From Candidatus Krumholzibacteriia bacterium (GTDB lineage Bacteria; Krumholzibacteriota; Krumholzibacteriia; WVZY01): a stretch of DNA of 16,168 nucleotides. Below the pieces are notes generated by a model, which was not told where the DNA came from, did no database searches, and saw only the letters and a program-made list of their open reading frames with translations. Location: contig JAZGDW010000002.1 of the NCBI GenBank assembly GCA_036478295.1, positions 1 to 16,168 of the forward strand. The letters are read 5' to 3'. This document shows, one piece after another, positions 15,099 to 16,168 of this stretch. Within the stretch, counting starts at the first letter, position 1, and each line of letters starts with the position of its first letter. A program made the position numbers and the translations under genes.

Positions 15099-15119
15099 GC
15101 CCGTTATTGACGGGTTTTT
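15099..15119 (+). terminator. Probable intrinsic terminator of the barrel gene
   Basis: GCCCGTT-att-GACGGGT stem followed by T-run; preceded by a cTTCGg-loop hairpin at 15067-15086. Confidence 0.55.
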
Positions 15120-15160
15120 CGGGATCCGCTACAAAGAGAATTGGAACTTTCAAAAATCTA

Positions 15161-16168
15161 CTAAAACAAGTCCCACTCCGCAAATTTCTCTCTGGCCTTT
15201 TTCGCCTGCTTGAACTCCGAATCCGCTTCTTCCCACACCTTCAGGGCAGTATTCAGGTGTTCCATGGCCTGTTGTTTCTTATCCTGCTCCCAATAAACCA
15301 GAGCGAGTTCGTAATGGGCTAGTGGACTAAAAGGCTCGAGCTGTAGAGCCTTTCGCAATGCATCTTTTGCTTCTTTAAACTCCTTGAGCTTCCTGTAGCA
15401 CGGACCAATACGACTGAATAGGAGCACCTTTTCTCCCCGTCCTGGTACCATCTCCGCTGCTTTTTGAAAGCCTGCAATGGCCTTGAGAATATTCTTCTCT
15501 GTCATAATCGAGCTTTGCACGGCCCCACCAGAGATATACCCGCCATTCCTCCCAATTGTAAGTTTGTATAAACGCTTCAAATTTCCCAAGCTCTTCCTCC
15601 AGCACAGCACCCGTTTCAGGGTCTTCCACGTTAAAGTTGAAAATGAGATCAAACAAGAAAGACAGCTGATTGAGGGGCGGCCCGAGCTGGTGCGCCTGTG
15701 CTTCAAACTCTTTCACAATCTTCAGAGCCATGTCTTTCTTGCCGGCCAGTACGTAGCGTTCTATGTAACCCAATTTTCCCGCCATTAATATATCTAATGG
15801 AGAGGCAAACTTTTGCATTTCAGCAAAGTACAAGTCCCAGTATTCAATGGCTTTGTCTATTTGGCCCCTGAATTTATAATAATTCGATAATGACTCATAA
15901 ACTGATCTCCGCTCTTGAGGAATTTTAGCAACATTAAGCGCATTTTGGTATTGCTGCGAGGCTTGCTCAAAATTGCCCAGGTGCCTTTCCGTATTAGCTA
16001 ACGATGTCACAATCCAACTGTTCTCCGGTTCAATAAGAAGTGCTTTTTTAAAATACAATTTCGCCTGTTCATGATCACCTGTCGTGCTGTATAAATCGCC
16101 TATCTCTATAAATGATACTGATCTGTTTGGATATAGATCGGCGTAGCGCTCATAATATTTTAATGCCC
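15161..16168 (-). pseudogene. 3' part of a TPR-repeat protein, frameshifted near 15482 (pseudogene or sequence error); 5' end outside window
   Basis: Frame is open from the window edge (ALKYYERYADLYP...AKLYFKKALLIEPEN...) to EEYSQ, then TPR pattern continues in another frame (AIAGFQKAAEM...ALQLEPFSPLAHYELA...WEEADSEF); removing one base in CAA-G-GCC joins them. Confidence 0.75.

Noticed and set aside
15470..15495. Programmed ribosomal frameshift in the TPR gene
   Set aside because: No slippery heptamer or stimulatory structure seen; simple indel or sequencing error is more likely.

Overview
GC-rich bacterial chromosomal window from a diderm organism (lipoprotein, outer-membrane barrels). A C-terminal 'VENTTWGRIK' tail suggests an FCB-related candidate phylum such as Krumholzibacteriota, Latescibacterota or Eisenbacteria; this is an inference. 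Left part: truncated lipoprotein, M19 membrane dipeptidase, double zinc-ribbon DUF2007 protein, secreted CHRD protein and a CBM9/DUF5916 outer-membrane protein bracketed by inverted copies of a small REP/MITE-like repeat. The convergent intergenic region 5222-5574 holds an orphan triple 16-bp palindrome array (19-bp period), a tandem duplication and a long hairpin. The core is a minus-strand run: A-type Fe-S carrier, atypical DtxR-family regulator, then (own sigma70-like promoter) Mn-type SOD, pterin-4a-carbinolamine dehydratase, thioesterase, MDR oxidoreductase, boxC, boxB and an ALDH. This is an aerobic benzoyl-CoA epoxidation cluster with no adjacent boxA, boxR or CoA ligase and a non-canonical ALDH, apparently co-transcribed with oxidative-stress genes. 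Divergently there is a COG4313-like outer-membrane channel whose promoter overlaps a candidate DtxR-type operator. The right end is a low-GC, frameshifted TPR gene running off the window.
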